DNA of 62,363 bases, the filler included. It is 10 parts of 10 records of this genome, joined end to end, with 100 filler letters (N's around TTAATTAATTAA, not from the genome) between each part and the next. Parts side by side here need not be neighbours in the genome. Positions count along the whole stretch, not along the records: positions 9,528 to 13,993 come from SRR7504441_5634; positions 14,094 to 18,017 come from SRR7504441_5655; positions 18,118 to 22,427 come from SRR7504441_5657; positions 22,528 to 25,920 come from SRR7504441_5659; 6 more parts are not named here. One strand, 5' to 3'. A program made the position numbers and the translations under genes. Positions 11,002 to 22,647 of the stretch are shown in pieces (position 1 is the first letter of the stretch; each line of letters begins with the position of its first letter). The notes beneath the pieces are model-generated. The model made no database searches, had not been told where the DNA came from, and was given only the letters and a program-made list of their open reading frames with translations.

Positions 11002-11419
11002 CAAGCATAATCAGTCTACCGGTTCGGTGGCCTAGCGCTATAACGTGAATAGCACTTGAGCGCTATAAATGTACTGAATGTCCACTGCCGTTATGATACA
11101 TTTATCATCTATTTTCGTCCCCACCGAAGTACTCCTTGTACTCCTCCTCGTCGCAGATCCCGCCGCTCTGGCTGGTATCCAGCGCCTCGTCCAGTGCCCC
11201 TCCCTCGCCCATCACATGCTCGCGCCACAGTACCCGGAGCAGCTCGTACCACGGCCCGCGGCGTGGCATTCCCAACCCACGTACGCCACAAGTGCCGTAA
11301 CGCCACTGGCTCACTGCGTTGGCTCGGCACAGCACAGAGCACAACCCAAACGCCAACGTCGCGCACGTCCGTTGCTGAGTCAGCACGGAGATCAGCGGTT
11401 CAGCGCTGCCTCTCCGACG

Positions 11420-12130
11420 ATGCCGGACTGCAAGTGCGCGCCAGGCTGCAACTTCGAGTCCAACTTCCCCGCGTGCTGCGCGCTGGGCTACTGCTGCGGG
11501 CACTGCTGGATGACCGGCTGCCCCGTAGGGGACTGGATCACTGGTAAAGCCCGCTGGGGGCGGCTCGATCCGGGGACAGGCAAGACCGCGTGCTGCTCGC
11601 ATAGCTGCATGTGCGAGAACCACGACTTTGGCTTCCACAAGCTCTGGAAGGCCTGCCGGCACAGCGAGTGCCATGTCTGACCGGAGGGAGCAGGCCGAGT
11701 GTCTTTGCTTTGCGCTGGACTGCGGTGCGCAAGTGGGCTGTGGCCTGTTGAGACGATGTGTGGGCAGGGGATGGCTTGTGCGGCTGCCACTCGCCCAAGT
11801 TCTCCAAGACGTTCTCGTGCCCCGATTTCTGCCGTTTTGGCTTCTGCTGCAATCACTGTTGTGAGCTGCAGCCTTGTTAGGAGCTACTGATTGCCGGCAG
11901 GGCACGACAAGTGGTGCCTCAGCTATTGGAAGAACATTATGGGAGAGAACTGCTGCGATGGCTCGTTCCTGTGCTGCGACTCCAACTGCGGCCTAACTTC
12001 CACCGGCTTCATCGAGTTCTTCTGTGCACAGTGCTGGATCTGGCATTGTGACAAACAGCCGCCTACAGGATGGCGGTTTCATACTGTGCATCCTGGGATT
12101 GGAAGTACGAGTAGCGCGGAGCAAATCTAA
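11420..12130 (+). CDS. Cysteine-rich protein with internal duplication (4 introns)
   Basis: Splicing three GT-AG introns and one GC-AG intron gives ~180 aa with 32 Cys and two similar units (CCALGYCCGHCW / FCRFGFCCNHCW). Confidence 0.65.
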
Positions 12131-12513
12131 AATGGCCTTCTACAGATCTAGATTCGTGCACCATGTCGATCATGACCTGGCAGGGGGTTCACAGCGTACT
12201 CGGTATATACACAAGCCACGTAATGCAATACGAGTCAGTCTGACAATGACTTGTCATCTCATTGCTGCGTGATCTAGCAATATGAGTTCTCGTACTATCA
12301 GAATGCATCTAGAGTGTATACATATGCATACAAGTACGTGTACCTACCACAAAATTTTATTTATGTACATGTCTACCACTCCTCTAAACAGTATTGTCAA
12401 TCCGAGCTGCCTTTGGTACAAATCCGCTAGGAGATCGAGATAGATCAATTCGAGTGCTGGGGTTTAGCTCTTCCTATGTACAGCGCAGCTAGGCGATCGA
12501 TATGCTTACAGCT

Positions 12514-13993
12514 CTATTTGCCAGCCGCACGACGTAGAGTAGCCGACCAATTCTTCATCCGAGCTCTGGTGTAGCTTGGACCCCCAGATCCAGTTGAAAG
12601 AGACAAGGCTGCAGAAGCGTGCCGTTGCTTCGCTGTAGGCGATAGGGACAATGGTGTGTGTTCATCCTTGTCTTGTTTGTTTGTTTGCGACAAAAACCTT
12701 CCGTGCAAGCGTTTCTTCATCGGACTGTCCAACTTCGTGGTGACATCCCGCTCAGCGGGAATGGTGCTAGGATGTTCATCAATCAATAACGATTCCTTCA
12801 TGGCCTGTTCGAACTTGCGGCTCGGGGTACCGTGCCCAGATTGCATGTTAGTGCGAACACGATCTTTAAACTCGTCAGAGTAGGCATCTCGCTCCGGGGG
12901 TGACGTCGATCGGCTGTTTGTCGTGTCTGGATTCTCAGCTTTTATCATTCCCCACACCCGCTGCTTCAAGTGACTTCGTATTGAATGGTCCTGATTGGAC
13001 GAGGCAGCAGGAACGTTGCGAGCTGAATCAGCCGCACCTGTTTCATTGGTTGTTATTTGATGCAGTGTGTCTGACAGCTGTGCCCTAATCTCATTTTGAA
13101 TAGTCTGAGACACTGCGCCGTCCATCTGGGTGCCGACCAGCCCGGCTTTAATTGCGTCTAGCGTGTTCTGATTGATACCAGACGCCTGCAGCTCCTCTTG
13201 GACATACAGGGCATTCACGGAGTTGACGTTTGCAGCATCTCTTGTTACCGACTGCCGTGCAAGCTCTAACATTGATTCTGCTTCCTCCTTTGCTCTCTTC
13301 CTGGCAGCTGCCTCCTCGTCCGCTTTTCGCTTTTGCATCGCGTCCAAGCACGACATACACCACACCCGTATTGCCGGGCCGCGCTGCTCGTTCGCCATCC
13401 GGACTGATCGTTGCACCATCATTCGCACTGCTGCCTCATGCGCTGTTTGCTTAGCCTGCTTTGCATACGCATCTGCTCGCGATGTAACCCAAGCTCGAAG
13501 AATTCGTCCCAGGTGCTGTTTGGAAATCGTAGCAGCAGATTGCCTCACCATCCGCGCCCCGATGAGGTGCTTATCATTCTTTGACTCTGTTGCATACTGT
13601 TCATACATCTTAGTCGCCTCAGATTCCATCAACGTAACAGCCTCCAATTCCATCATCAGTGCTTGCCACGTCTGCAACACATTTCGACACCTGTCCTTTG
13701 AGATCCTGAAAAGCGTGCCTCCAAGTGATGCTAGCCCCTGGACCTTCTTACGGTTGGCTTGCCAGACCTGGACGACATTTTGCAGCTCTTCGCTCATTGT
13801 CTCGATAGTTGCAGCTGTCTGTGCATGTCGCCAGCAGTGTATAAGCTGTAGCATCCGTTGAGCCAACGCACCGGGAATCTCCACTAGCTGAACCCGCAAT
13901 TTTAACGCTGCTATTGTTCTACGCAGGATGAGATCAGAACTATTTGCCAGTTCCAGCCTCTCTGCCTGGGCTTTCTCCCTTCGCATTGCATCT
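12514..13993 (-). CDS. Coiled-coil protein with periodic Trp (weakly Sfi1-like), 5'-truncated
   Basis: 490-aa ORF running into the contig edge; helical repeats LIHCW, VLQTW, ILRAW, AIRVW; disordered C-terminus. Confidence 0.6.
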
Positions 13994-14093
13994 NNNNNNN
14001 NNNNNNNNNNNNNNNNNNNNNNNNNNNNNNNNNNNNNTTAATTAATTAANNNNNNNNNNNNNNNNNNNNNNNNNNNNNNNNNNNNNNNNNNNN
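13994..14093. other. Artificial contig spacer
   Basis: N44-TTAATTAATTAA-N44. Confidence 0.97.
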
Positions 14094-14428
14094 GGGGCCC
14101 TTGAGCCCCTCCCAGTACACACTTCTGCAACCACCTCGCGGTGTCTGCATCTGCCGAGCAGGTGCCAGCACCTTTCGGAAGGATTCACCTCCGGCGTAGC
14201 TGGGATGGCGTCTAGCAACATGCAGATCCAGAGCAGCAGCACCGCCCCGAAGAGGACAGCCACGAAGTAGCCACGAAGCCAGTGGCCAGCGGCAGCGGGG
14301 ACATGCTGCTCACGTCCAATGTCCTCCGCCGCGGCCGTTAGACTAATCAGAGATCCGGCAGGGCGAGCCGGGTCTACTGGGCCTTCGCAGCACGTTTGGA
14401 CAAGCCCAGTGAGTCCCTGCGGCCAGGC

Positions 14429-16326
14429 ATGGCCGCCCCGGCCGAGTGCTCGGACGAGACCCGGACTGGCCGGTGGATAGAGATGGCTGCTGCGGTGGCC
14501 AGCGCGGAGCGCACCAGCTACAGGTCTCCCTCCGCCGGGGCCGGCGACCAGCCCGGGGGCAGCGCGGCAGTGGGCGCGGCCGAGCAAGAGCGGGATACCA
14601 ACCCGTGGCTGGCCAGCCGGGTTGCCCAGATCCGGCTGGACACCCCGCGGTCGTTCGCAGGAAAGCACAGCCTAGTGCTCGGGCAGTTGCTGGCCGAGAG
14701 CCCTCTGGAGAGGAGTCAGCTGGTCAGCAGCGCCGAGCGGGTGCTGTCGGCATACATGCTGCGGGTCCGGCTGCGGCAGACCGGAGTGGACTACACCCAG
14801 GGGATGAGTTTCCTGGTGGCGCTGCTTTTGCTAGTCACCAGGAGTGAGGAGCCCGCCTTTTGGCTGTTTGTCCACCTAGTCGAGCGGGTAATGCCCCGCG
14901 AGTTCTTCGGCGAAATCCCGCCGCTGGCCGGATACCACGCTGCCAACGCAGTGCTCGGCCGACTGGTGCGCGACCAGTGCAAGCGCTTAGTACGGGCGCT
15001 GCCTGCTGACCAGCTTCTGACCGCGGTACAGCTCATTTCGGTCAAGTGGCTTGTCACATGCTTTGTGGACTATTTGCCGCTCGGCCCGCTGCTCAGGCTG
15101 TGGGACACATTGCTGCTCAGCCCGCCCCCGCACAGGGCAGCCGGGTGCACGCTGTACTGGTTTGCAGTTGGATTGTTCAGGCTGGTCGAGGCCCAGCCAG
15201 AGCCAGACTCGAGCTCACTTTACGTCCGTGTTTTGACCGACTCGGCTGAGATGGCCGAGTCTCGGTACCCCAAGCTGTACAAGGCGGCGGCGCAAGCGGC
15301 CAAAGAGGGCCCGAGCCCTGAGCAGCTTGAGGGCTGGCATGCTCGGAACCTTGAGGAGCTTAAGAGTGTAGAGTATGCCGCTCGGTTGCAGCAGGTGACC
15401 CACTTCTCGTCCGGCGAGCTGCGGGCGCTGCACAGGGAGTTTGACAGGCTGGAAGGTGGCAGGCTGGCCCAGGCCGACTGGTGAGCCGCTACAGGCCGGG
15501 CAAGCGGGATTGACCGCGCGGCGCTGGTGAGCGTCGCAAGGAAGGTGTGCCCACGATGGCCGCTGAGCCATCTCAGACTGCTATACGCTCGGCTGCCCAA
15601 GGCAGCTGGCGCCCTGGGCCGACTGACCGGTGGACAGAACGGGCAGGAGAGGATTCCATTTTTGGAGTTGATGACTGCCCTGTCGACGATGAGCAGGGGG
15701 ACAGTAGACGAGAAGCTAAGGCTGTGCTTTTCACTGTACGAAGTGCAGGACGTTGATTCCGGGGAAGGCTCCGGGTACATAGCCACTACTGGCGTGCTCG
15801 AGATGGCCAACCGTCTCTTCCAACTTTCTCACGACTCAAGTGATCTCCGACGGTGCACGGTCAGCTGCACCAATATCGGGTCTGACTGGTTTGATCGGCC
15901 TGTCGACGACGGGCTGGCTCATTCGCACGGGGGAGACACGCGTGTGAGCTTTGGGGCGGTGCCAGCGTTGGATAGGTGTGGCTGGAGGTGAGAGGAGAGT
16001 GACGGGGTAGCAGGCCGGTGCCTCAAGTGAGCAGCGCGCAGGCTTTTACAAGCAAGCTGCTTCAGATGGACCGCGATGGCGACCACCGGCTTAGGTACCA
16101 GCCCCACACAGGTCGTGAGCTAAGGCCGTACGGCAGTTGGGAGGAGTGGCGAGATGGAATGCTCACGGAGCCGGCGCTACTGCAGTTGTTTCAAATCGAT
16201 CATGGCGAGGACGACGCCGACCTGGAGTTGATACCGTGGCAAGACTCTGATGCTAGTTCGCCCGGTGCGTTGAGCGAGGGCGAGAACGACGAGAAGTGCA
16301 AATGCGTTTGCTGTGCGATTTCATAA
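14429..16326 (+). CDS. Rab-GAP TBC domain + NCS-type EF-hand protein with C-terminal CaaX
   Basis: TBC motifs IRLDTPRSF, YTQGMSFL, EEPAFWLF; EF region THFSSGELRAL..RGTVDEKLRLCFSLY..MDRDGDHRL; ends KCKCVCCAIS*. Confidence 0.85.
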
Positions 16327-16389
16327 AATTAATTATGCAGGTCTGTATGCGTATTATTATATGTTCTTACCAGCCAGGCTTGCACTGAT

Positions 16390-17949
16390 TCATTCTAACA
16401 CTTCTTTGACCGAATCCTCTAGTTGTGGCGACACTATCAACATAGGGTGCGAGTCTAGCTCAGAATGCGCAGCACAGTCGTGCAGTCCGTTGGTACACGG
16501 CGTAGTCGGCTCAGCGCCCAGCTTCTCAAACCCATCGCGGGCCTCGAGCGCGACATCCACTACCGCTTGCGCGCTCCCCGGCTGCTTTGCCCCGGCCTGA
16601 ACAAGCTTGCTCGCTTCCGTAGCGGCTGCGCTCCAGTCACTGCTAGCCAAGCCTATCACGAGCACAGCAGAGAGCACCGCCAGCCCTGAATCCATCCCTA
16701 CCCAACACCCGAGCACGCCGAGCTCGGTCAGACAGACCAGGACGCTCCCCAGCCCCAGCCCGAGACCCATTAGCAGCACTAGATTAGCCAAAGCCACCAT
16801 CCGCTGCTTCGCCATCCCCCGGAGCGCACCGGCAGCGCAGCCTTGTATCCCGTCAAATATCTGCATCAGCGCCAGCAGCCAGCTGCAGCGCGCGACCACG
16901 TCCACAACTGCTTGGTCGGAAGTAAACAGCCAAGCCACCCGGCCGCCTAGCCCCATGATGGCGCCCGCGCAGATAGTCATGAAGCCTGCTCCACCGCACA
17001 CAGCGAGCGCAGCAGTCAGCTTTGCCTGGGAGGGCTGGCCCGACCCGAGCAGCGCACCAACGCGGATGGTAGCTGCGATGGAGATTCCGAGAGGAAAGCT
17101 CAGGAAGGTGAAGCCGCATATGTTGAGCATTATGATGTGAGCGTCTACCTCCGTAGTGCTCCGGGCTGCGGCGACGAACAGCGTGGTTAGCTCAAACGAC
17201 CAGGCCTCCATAGCCACCATCACCCCCGCCGGCAGCCCGAGCGAGAGGAAGGCCGCTATTCCGGGCCAGCCGCACCCTGAGAAGATCTTGGTCGGCTGGA
17301 GATGCACCTTAGGCCTATCGGAAACCCAGAGGTAGGCCAGTCCAGCCAGCAGCTGGAAGATCCTGGAGCATGTGGTGGCGAGAGGTGCGCCCAGGAAGCC
17401 AATCCAGCGGATTAGGAGTAGGTTGGCGGCCAGATTGATCAGATTGGCCAGGACCCCGAGCGCGACCATCGGGCCGAGGACGTGCTGCACTTGCAGCCAC
17501 TTTTGGAGCGCCGTGAATAGCACGAGGCACCACATCCCCGGGATGTTAATCATCACAAACTGCCCCGCCATCCGGGACAGCTCCGGGCTCTGGCCCAGCC
17601 CGCGCCGGAGCAACGGTTCGGTGCAGGCCAGCAGCGCGCTAGCGGGGACGAGCAGCAGCAGCAGAGAGGCTACCCCGCGGCCCAGCCAGCTCCGCATGGC
17701 CGCCGGGCTCTGGGCACCGTGCGCCTGGGCCATGAAGGTGTCCAGGGCCCCGGCCACACCGATCACAAAGTAGTACACGCTGTTGAAGACCGTGTTGCCC
17801 AGCGCGGCCGCCGCGAGCGGCTGGGTGCCCAGGTGGCCGACCATGGCTAGGTCCACGATGTTCATGGTATACCCCAGCATGGTGGTGGCCATCAGCGGCA
17901 CCGCCAGCTCCAGCAGCGCCCAGGCCTCCGCTCGCACCGCCGGATTCAT
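16390..17949 (-). CDS. MATE-family efflux transporter (intronless)
   Basis: 519 aa, ~12 TM; DLAMVGHLG..LAAAALG, ALDTFMAQAHGA, LGAPLAT, IRVGALLG, DGIQGCAAGALRG. Confidence 0.95.
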   Translation of the reverse strand: MNPAVRAEAWALLELAVPLMATTMLGYTMNIVDLAMVGHLGTQPLAAAALGNTVFNSVYYFVIGVAGALDTFMAQAHGAQSPAAMRSWLGRGVASLLLLLVPASALLACTEPLLRRGLGQSPELSRMAGQFVMINIPGMWCLVLFTALQKWLQVQHVLGPMVALGVLANLINLAANLLLIRWIGFLGAPLATTCSRIFQLLAGLAYLWVSDRPKVHLQPTKIFSGCGWPGIAAFLSLGLPAGVMVAMEAWSFELTTLFVAAARSTTEVDAHIIMLNICGFTFLSFPLGISIAATIRVGALLGSGQPSQAKLTAALAVCGGAGFMTICAGAIMGLGGRVAWLFTSDQAVVDVVARCSWLLALMQIFDGIQGCAAGALRGMAKQRMVALANLVLLMGLGLGLGSVLVCLTELGVLGCWVGMDSGLAVLSAVLVIGLASSDWSAAATEASKLVQAGAKQPGSAQAVVDVALEARDGFEKLGAEPTTPCTNGLHDCAAHSELDSHPMLIVSPQLEDSVKEVLE

Positions 17950-18017
17950 CAGTTCTCTCCGGGGCCCAGCCAGTCAGTGGCCGGCCCCCCCACCGGCATT
18001 GACTCGGAAGTCGGCGC

Positions 18018-18117
18018 NNNNNNNNNNNNNNNNNNNNNNNNNNNNNNNNNNNNNNNNNNNNTTAATTAATTAANNNNNNNNNNNNNNNNNNNNNNNNNNN
18101 NNNNNNNNNNNNNNNNN
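18018..18117. other. Artificial contig spacer
   Basis: N44-TTAATTAATTAA-N44. Confidence 0.97.
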
Positions 18118-18544
18118 CGCCGCCCACCAGAGGCAGTTATCCCGCCCCCAAAAAGATGAAGACGAAGTCGAGAGTGAGATTACATGTACTCCAGGTCTCG
18201 AGGCCTGTCGGGGGGCCCACGCAACGCACTGGTCGTTACTGGACAGGCTGCTGCAGCGCCTGCGGTCTACTACAGCATCAATGATTTGATCATTCTGGGT
18301 CTTCCTATAGTATTCCTATAGATGACTTGTGAAGCAGTTAGCTGCAAGAGCATTCTGGCTCTACTTAGGCTCTACTTAGGCTCTACTAGGAACTCAAGCC
18401 TCCGGATTACTTAGACATCATGTTAAGTATATGTTAAGTAGAGAATAGAGATCGATTTAATCGAACTGACTGCCGTAATTATCAAATTGTTAGAAGAAAC
18501 CATTAATTAAATTACTTGTACACGACGAGCGCCCTGAGTCTTTC

Positions 18545-21500
18545 TCATGCAGATGGGAAGAGTTCAAGGCGTTGGTCATTGTCCACCTGATCCGATGCTA
18601 ACCTCAACACAGCCCCTGGAGTCACCTCTCTAAATTCAACCAAGAATGTGGCAAACAATTCATCAAACCGACCGGGAGCCACACCCTCGCCTGGGCAGGC
18701 CAACTGCACACAGCGTACAATGTGAGCCAAACCCCCTGAGCAGATGCCTGGAGCTGCTCAGCAAGTGACCGCAGAATCTCTGGCTTGACATCTTCAAAGT
18801 GGCTGTGAATTGCGTTGCCCAGCACCTCCACTGCCTGCCCAGGCGAGCCATGCTGTCGAATCACAGCGGTGCATAGTGCCAGCACACGGGTCTGCAGAGG
18901 GAACTCGCAAGTGCGGCTCCTGTCAGATAGAAGTGCCACCTGCTGGTGGCTGAGGATATCAGCTGGCCGCCGACTGTACCATTTCCAGCAGCACTCCAGC
19001 CGTGAAAGAGCTGAATGTGCCCAGTGCTGTGCGGCAGGCCAGAGAGGTCTCGAGCAGCACTTGAAGCGTCCTCAGCCCAGCCTCAGCAATCCCCTGCTGA
19101 TCACACCTGCCAGTCTGGCTCGCACCCTGCCAGTACCCACGCAACGCACCGGGCTGCCCACAGCGACGCCTCTACGATAGGCCTAAGTAGGCTCTCGTCA
19201 AACCCTAGCACAGCTTCCGGCGCCACTGCCGCTGCACAGTGCAGCAACGCAAAGAAATGCTGCCGAAGCTCGCGCTGCTGAGGCTTCTGCATGTCTGAAG
19301 TGGCGACTCCCAGCGCTGCCTGGAGCATGGCATGGCAGATCACTTGAACTTCAGCCCCACCGGCCGGGCCAAGCAGCCGGACAACACACACAAACAGCTC
19401 GAGCACAGCTGGCTCGCGAGCTTCCTCTGCCGATCGACAGAACTCCGGGAGCACAGACTGAACAAGCGCAGGCAGCATCGCCTGGCAGAATTCACCTGCA
19501 TGCACTCATGCTCTGCAGCTGGCAAATACGCCACCTCGAAACCGCGGGTCGCTGCATATTGAATCGAGTGATAGTATTTTGGTGAATAAAGAGAGCACCG
19601 CACAGCGCACTGAGCGCATCAGCCGAGTGATTGAGAGGTGCCCGCCTGCAGAGGCGAATTTGGAGCCAATCAGTTGAGAGTATTGGGAGTAGGCTTCAAT
19701 CAGCACAGGGTAGAGTGAGCTTAGCTGCGACGCATACAGCGAAGGCGCCCCGGTAGCAATCGCTTGGTTGATTCTGAGCACGCGCACGAGTCTCCTGCAC
19801 ACATCTGGGTGTTGCAACTGCTCGCTGTCCAACTGCCACACCATCAGGCGAGGGCGGCCAAGCAACAGACCTGCAGCACTTGAACCACCTGCCGGTTGGG
19901 CACTTGCACGATGCTGTCGAGCTGCCCGCCTGCCTGGACTGTCATGCAGGCCATGCTCTCAAACAGGAGTGAGGCGTCGTGCTCAGACAACTCGTCCATT
20001 GCCCGCTCCAAGTGCTCCAGGCACTTTTGGCAAAACAGCCCGTCGCCAATCAGCTGGGGGCCGGCAGTCTGAGCTAACACAAGCATCGCCTGGCTGGCCA
20101 TCCTTTGCACTGCCGGATGGGCCCAGAGCGTGGTGTCCAGCACCCTCGAGGCCACAGTTTGGAGCACCACAGGCTCGGCCGCCGCCAGCCACGGCGCCAG
20201 TTTACCTGCAGTCCATGCAAAGCAACCAGCTGCTACAGTCTTGGCAGAGAAGGACGGCCTAAACCTCCAGTGAGCGAGCCTCAGGCCTTATGGATTGCCT
20301 GGCTTCGCCCGCATTGTTTATCGCTTGGAGTATTGCTACCACAAACCCACTCACGGGCTCCGACTGTGGTAGCTCTGGATAGACCTGTGGCCAAGCGGTC
20401 ATAAGGATACACGGTGAGAGCAACGGACCACTGTGGAAGCCACCCAACACGCCCTGCACAACTCCAGTCTGTGCCACACTCCCTGAGCACCGCTTGGCAG
20501 CCAAACCATCGCACCTGGACCAGCCAACAGCGTCTTGCTGAGCCTCCACTAGTCCAATCGCGCCCTCCATAGCCCGTGGCTGATCCAACTTAGCGAGCAG
20601 CTGGCCGGAGGCAGCTAGCGACTGGTGGTTGATCATCGCATCGTCCTCTTTGGCCGACCCAGGAGCGATCTGGTCGTCCTCGTCCACAAGTAGCATAAAG
20701 TCGCTAGGCCGGACCATCACCTTGGCCAGCAGGCTGCGAAAGTCCTGAACAGACTCGACTAGCACCCTGCCCGCCCGCTCTGGACCACTCTCGGGCCACC
20801 AGTCTACCTGCCGCTGTCGCCCGAGAGCCATGCAGGATTGCTGGAGAGGTGCTGTAACAGTAGTAGCCAGCAGTCGCATGCAATGAGCATAGTCTCTTCA
20901 TCGCTATTATCTGTGAGCTGGACCAGGCAAGACAGAGCGAGTTGGAGCATCCCGAGCGCCGGCACGCTCAGCGCGGCCATGAACTGCTCCAGCCTGTGCC
21001 TCAAGAAGGCCTGGCCCTAGGCTCGGCCTGTAGCTCTGTCAGGGTCACCTGAATTAGAAGCAGCAGGTTGGCAGCGAGCTTGGGCCGGTCATTCGCATCG
21101 AGAAGGTCCAAACTGACAACCAGCTACAAGCCAATACGCCGGCCGCGCACCGGCTTGAGAAGTGCGAGAAGATCGCTTCAACCAGCAGCTGGAGAGCCGG
21201 GCCCTGCGCCCAGTTACAGTTGGCGCAGGTAGCTGACACAGGCACCGGCATCACGCCCGGGAGTGACACAACTTCAATCGAGCACTGGAGTGCCTCGCTG
21301 CAGGTCTGCTCGTCCTTGACGTGACTGGCCAGCGCCGCCAGCAACTGCGTGTCGTACGCAAAGTCCTGTGGCAGCCTGCGCCCTGCCTGAGCGGGCCTCG
21401 CGCCAGTGCTGCGCGCACCACGGCACCAACCGCCGGATCGCCTGGCATGCGAGCTTGAGCAGCGGCGACGGCAGCACCCCGGTCGGCTGGGCTAACAGTC

Positions 21501-22269
21501 CGTGGCACAGCCACTGGTGCAGGATCGGGCAATCGCCGTGCAGTCTGGCCAGCATCTCCTTGGCCGCGATGGCTTCACGCGATTGGTCGAGCACTACTTC
21601 GCCCAGCAGCACCAATATGCGGAGCCCGTTCTCGCACATACCCAGATTCAGCTGAGCCGACTCGACCAGCTCGGGCACAAACCGCTCCCATTGATGCGGC
21701 CACTCGAGTCGGAGTAGTTGGGCCAGCACCTGGTTTTAACAGCTCGCCCTGGCTAGAGCGACTGCTACACACCGCGTCCAGCCGAGAGAGCAGGACTCGA
21801 GCTTCCGGGCCCAGCTCAGGTAGCTCGCACAGCTGCTGGATCTTCTGCAGCACCAGTTGCCGGATAGACACCAGATGCTCAGAGGGCACCTGGCCGAGCC
21901 TGCTGACACCAGCCTGCCGAGGCCGGGCTACCGCGCCCTGTCGGCGGAGGCTGGCTTCGAGGATCTGAGCGGCGGCCAGCATTGACGGCAGCTGCTGGGA
22001 GCCCTGCAGGGCAGCCACGCAACGCCACCACGCGTCGGGCAGCGTTCGGAAGCTGCGGCAGGGAATCGGCCCGGATGGCTGCCGGGGGCGCACCGGGCGA
22101 ATAGCGTCTCGGCGGACTTTGAGTCCGGGCCGGGGGATTGGTGGCTGTGCATCATGCCGACCTAGGCCGGGCTCGGCGGAGCCTTGCTGGGCAGGCAGAC
22201 CAACAGATCGAACGCTTGGACCGACCACTGGGCCGGGTCGCCCGCAACAGCGGCCTCTAGCTCGGACAT
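18545..22269 (-). CDS. XPO1: Divergent exportin-1 (CRM1)-like karyopherin, multi-intron
   Basis: Colinear CRM1 landmarks: PDAWWRC..QILE, EWPHQWERFVPELVES..CENGLRILVLLGE, acidic loop MVRPSDFMLLVDEDDQ, AVQRMASQAM, PELRQHFFALL-like segment, FLVEFRE at the C-terminus. Confidence 0.8.
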
Positions 22270-22427
22270 CAGGCCAGCTGCTGGCGGTGCGCCTCAGTGC
22301 CCCGTCATCATCCAGCCCAAGCTCTGACCCCGATCCGATGCTACCGGTATTCAAGCGACCCGCCACACTAACGGCTTTTTCGCTCGCAGACAACCTGGCA
22401 GCACTTGGGATGCCACGGCCCGAATGG

Positions 22428-22527
22428 NNNNNNNNNNNNNNNNNNNNNNNNNNNNNNNNNNNNNNNNNNNNTTAATTAATTAANNNNNNNNNNNNNNNNN
22501 NNNNNNNNNNNNNNNNNNNNNNNNNNN
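22428..22527. other. Artificial contig spacer
   Basis: N44-TTAATTAATTAA-N44. Confidence 0.97.
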
Positions 22528-22647
22528 AGGAAGAAGGCCTTCTTCTCCACCCCCATGTGTGTTGATCTAGAATGAGTTTATTAAGATTATTATTGGAGCA
22601 ATTTGGATTGTTTTATTAATAATCGATTGTTTCAATAAAAGCAACGA

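Noticed and set aside
14094-14330. Minus-strand TM-encoding fragment at a contig edge
   Set aside because: No in-frame ATG could be placed, and it is too short to call.
21915-21945. Possible GG-AG intron in the CRM1-like gene
   Set aside because: The segment is in frame and stop-free, so it may simply be coding; undecidable without RNA data.
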